This document shows positions 60,960-64,000 of a DNA stretch of 64,000 nt, piece by piece. Below the pieces are notes generated by a model. That model saw only the letters and a program-made list of their open reading frames with translations. It was not told where the DNA came from and searched no databases. Made by a program: the position numbers and the translations under genes. The DNA comes from Botryllus schlosseri (taxonomy: Eukaryota). The stretch lies in contig CM119372.1 of assembly GCA_051294905.1 (NCBI GenBank), positions 7,690,001 to 7,754,000 on the forward strand, given 5' to 3'. Positions within the stretch are counted from its first letter, which is position 1. The number at the start of each line of letters is the position of its first letter.

Positions 60960-61615
60960 AATCAATCAGGTTTATTAATATTTTCATCGTTTCAAAACAT
61001 CACAAGACTGCGATACAATGAAAAGATAGGAAGGTGTCGAAACAACTTGGAGTAGCCTTTAATATCAGACACCCACCTTAGCCTAGGCGAAGTAACGAAG
61101 AGGCATGCACACTGAATGAAAAGTAATGCAGAGAATATAAGACGCAAGCGACAAAATGAAGTGGCATGTGGCAGATGGCGAGGTCGATGTTAGGTCGTGG
61201 TCCGGTAATCCTGAAGACTGGCTAGTATTTATTTAGAAGAAATTGCTTGTATTTCGACTTGAATGTGGACATGCTCGGCGACTGTCGGATAGCCGGCGAG
61301 ATGCTGTTCCACAATTGGGGTCCGGCATACTTGATAGAGCAATGCGTTTTCTTGTATTCAGTCCTGATCATATGGTAATTGTTCTTCGTTGACGCGCTTG
61401 TGCTGTAGCCTACTTGTGGGCCTTTGTCTCCGATGTGAACTGGTCGTTGAAATTTGAGGGACATTGACCGCAATGGAACTGATACATATACTTTGCAATT
61501 TCTAACTTTCACATATCTTCTGAGTTTAGAACACCAAATCTTTTGAGAAGCGATTTATCAGTTGCACATCCAGGTCCCCGTGGGGCTTTGGCAATGATAC
61601 GGATGATCCGATGTT
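60960..61615 (-). mobile_element. 5'-truncated L2/CR1-like LINE 3' end
   Basis: YHMIRTEYKKTHCSIKYAGPQLWNSISPAIRQSPSMSTFKSKYKQFLLNKY, paralogous to the C-terminus of 55979-56842. Confidence 0.85.
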
Positions 61616-61900
61616 GCGCAATAGCACTGTGGACTACTTGACTACCATGATTAGATAACCGGATATTATATATATAGAAATCGGTCTAAAAGACCTGTAT
61701 ACGTTGCTGGTGGTATTATAGTAATAGACGGAGGTTGAAGAATTCATAATTGCACAATTGACTCCTCACATGATCGCCAACTTCCCATAATAGGCCACGA
61801 GTAGACCTGGACGAAGGCATACTGATCATATTTTTAGTAGAGCTTCTTGGAGATACAGAACTTCAATATACAATTGAAATGTTTATTTATATTGAAATGA

Positions 61901-61947
61901 GCCCGAATATTTTCGGCTGACACTCGTCAGGGGTAATCGTCAGCAAC
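61901..61947 (-). ncRNA. Minimal type I hammerhead ribozyme motif, intact core
   Basis: Reverse complement gttgctgacgattaccc-CTGACGA-gtgtcagcc-GAAA-atat-TC-gggc; palindromic helix III aatatt. Confidence 0.75.
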
Positions 61948-62054
61948 TACTAGAGAATTGGAAAGAATGTTGTATATTAACAACCGTATCACATGATATG
62001 ACGTCACCAGCAGGAAATGAGATCTCAAATAGGAGAGCGTTCAATGTACTATTG

Positions 62055-62353
62055 CAGTGGTTCCCAACCTTTTTTTAGACACGCTCCCCTTTATGATAGT
62101 GAAAAATTTCGCGCACCCCTTATCGTCATATCACAAAATCCAACGAGGATGCTGGCAACCCCAACAGATTGTTTGATGGCATGGAAGGTTATGAGTGTTG
62201 ATGAGAGAATTAAAAAATATGAAAATCGGTATCTATATAGAGAAACACGCGTGAATTGGAGGAAAATCGCGCAGAGCGCGAAAACTTTTTTCAGTTGAGC
62301 GCTTCTTCGCGCCCCCTTCAGATGCTTTCACGCCCCCAGGTTGGGAACCACTG
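62055..62353. mobile_element. hAT (Charlie-like) MITE inserted in the Penelope relic
   Basis: CAGTGGTTCCCAACC / GGTTGGGAACCACTG; perfect TSD TACTATTG. Confidence 0.9.
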
Positions 62354-63082
62354 TACTATTGTAAGATGGTATACGAACTCCTTTTGTAGACAAAGCCTGG
62401 GCTGATGTATTTTGATAAAGGTCGACTCCAAGGCACACAGATGAAAGTTAGAGCGGCCCCTTCCGATGACGCGAAATCTGTCGCCTCGATAATTTTTCGC
62501 ACAAGCACGATTGTCCAACAGATGTTGGCCAATGGCAGAGTTTATGGCCTTTGATCGCTCGACATCAAGCTTAAGTGGATGAGACAAGGGTGAGCTTTTC
62601 ACCGAGCGTGATGCACGTGTTCTGATAAATCTAGGGACATGGTAGTTCTTCAACACGTAAAGACGTGCTTCCTGCACTTCAACAAAGTAATGTATAGTGT
62701 AAGAATTTAAGTGCCACTGTGGTTGTGGCTAAGTCGGAAGAACGATGGCAATGTACTATTTTTAGGTGATACACGAACTCCTTTTGTTGACAGAGTTTTG
62801 GTTGGTGTATTTTGATAAAAGTTGATTCCAAGGCACACAAATGGAATTGTGAACGGCCTCGATTTCGAATCGTAGGTCGAGGCCGTTCACAATTCCATTT
62901 GTGTGCCTTGGAATCAACTTTTATCAAAATACACCAACCAAAACTCTGTCAACAAAAGGAGTTCGTGTATCACCTAAAAATAGTACATTGAACGCTCTCT
63001 CATTAGAAATTTCATGCTGGTGACGTCATATTTTGTGATACGATTGTTGATATACAATGTTCTTTCCAATTCTCTACTAGTT

Positions 63083-63126
63083 GCTGACGATTACCCCTGA
63101 CAAGTGTCAGCCGAAAATATTCGGGT
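63083..63126 (+). ncRNA. Hammerhead ribozyme motif with core substitution (CTGACAA), probably inactive
   Basis: accc-CTGACAA-gtgtcagcc-GAAA-atat-TC-gggt; G8->A. Confidence 0.6.
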
Positions 63127-63259
63127 TCATTTCAATATGAATATACTATTTAATTGTAAATCACATTATAAAATGTATTATACATAAATATCCGGATTCC
63201 CTGGATAGCATTCTTCTCTTTAATTGGTTATACTTACAGGCGATCTAGCATTTTTGAGG

Positions 63260-63672
63260 TAGGGTTACCATAGTTTGAAAATCTGAAATGAGGACACTTT
63301 TTCAAAATTTCCAGACTTACGATACTGGAGTAAAATCCGGAAAAAATGGTAAATTTTTCCCGACTTTATGGTTGGTTGACTGAAAAAAAAAAAAAATGTC
63401 ATTTTTGCGACTCGACTCCAGTAATATACACTTCAATCGAATTCTCCGTCGGTTTACTAAAAAAAGGTCAACATTCCGGATCAACTCCCGAAATACCCGC
63501 CGGACCGTTACTTGAGTATTGATTTCCTATACATCAATCGAATTGTTACTTATATTTAACCAAAAGAGGACATTTCGGCGTCCTCCGAGGACACTTTCAA
63601 AAAGAGTTTTAAAAAAAGAGGACAAATCCTCTTAAGAGGATTTTGCTTCTAAGAGGACGTATGGTAGCCCTA
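63260..63672. mobile_element. hAT MITE, TAGGGTTACCATA family
   Basis: TAGGGTTACCATA / TATGGTAGCCCTA; degenerate TSD ttttgagg/atttaagg. Confidence 0.8.
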
Positions 63673-63674
63673 AT

Positions 63675-63969
63675 TTAAGGTAGTATAATGTTTAGGGTCT
63701 AGAAGCCAAGACGTCCGATCGGTCATTTGCAGCGGCAGACGTATGATCTCTTTCGAATATCTTTTTCTTTGGTATTTATCGGCTACCCTTTCTTCATTCC
63801 GAACTTCTTCATCGGAGTCTGTGCTCGGACACACTGAGAGATCAGAGCTTGAATAAGATCCATACCCGCTTTTCAAAAATACGATTTCTTCGTCTTCATT
63901 GATTCGTGACGGTCTATGTTTGGTGTGCTTGGATTGGTGGCTCTTGGATTGGTAGACCTTCTCTAGCAA
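63675..63969 (-). other. Possible coding exon of an unidentified gene running off the window
   Basis: Open, protein-like Ser/acidic stretch (GYGSYSSSDLSVCPSTDSDEE); no recognisable domain. Confidence 0.25.
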
Positions 63970-64000
63970 CTTGACATGTATAAGCCGTCGTAGCCTAGAT

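Larger units (their letters stand above)
61840..63160. mobile_element. Composite Penelope-like relic: minus-strand GIY-YIG end plus pLTR, and a plus-strand copy with a perfect 5' inverted duplication
   Basis: SAIGQHLLDNRACAKNY...FRVIGRGRSNFHLCALESTFIKIHQPRLCLQKEFVYHL. pLTR-like 61840-62046 (-) mirrors 62990-63160 (+). Confidence 0.8.

Overview
Eukaryotic (invertebrate animal) genomic DNA. The ~60-nt minimal introns and gene set would fit a tunicate or other invertebrate chordate, but that is only an inference. Four protein-coding genes are supported. (1) An IL-17-receptor/SEFIR-type membrane protein with an intronless CDS (3567-5891 +). (2) A 9-coding-exon NDR/STK38 kinase (17270->7370 -). 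(3) A ~28-exon, ~1,300-aa type II membrane serine protease assembled by hand with consistent splice phases, with the unusual order cytoplasmic tail-TM-SEA-LCCL-SEA-vWA-S1 protease (23691-51105 +). (4) An intronless coatomer gamma (53962->51368 -). Introns and intergenic DNA hold nested hAT elements/MITEs with 8-bp TSDs, foldback elements, L2/CR1-like LINE 3' ends, an R4/Dong-like fragment and Penelope-like (GIY-YIG) relics. The Penelope relics carry minimal type I hammerhead ribozyme motifs (2 with intact cores, 3 degenerate). The most notable items are the mosaic protease and the hammerhead-bearing Penelope fold-back structures. All exon models and alignments were read by eye, not computed.
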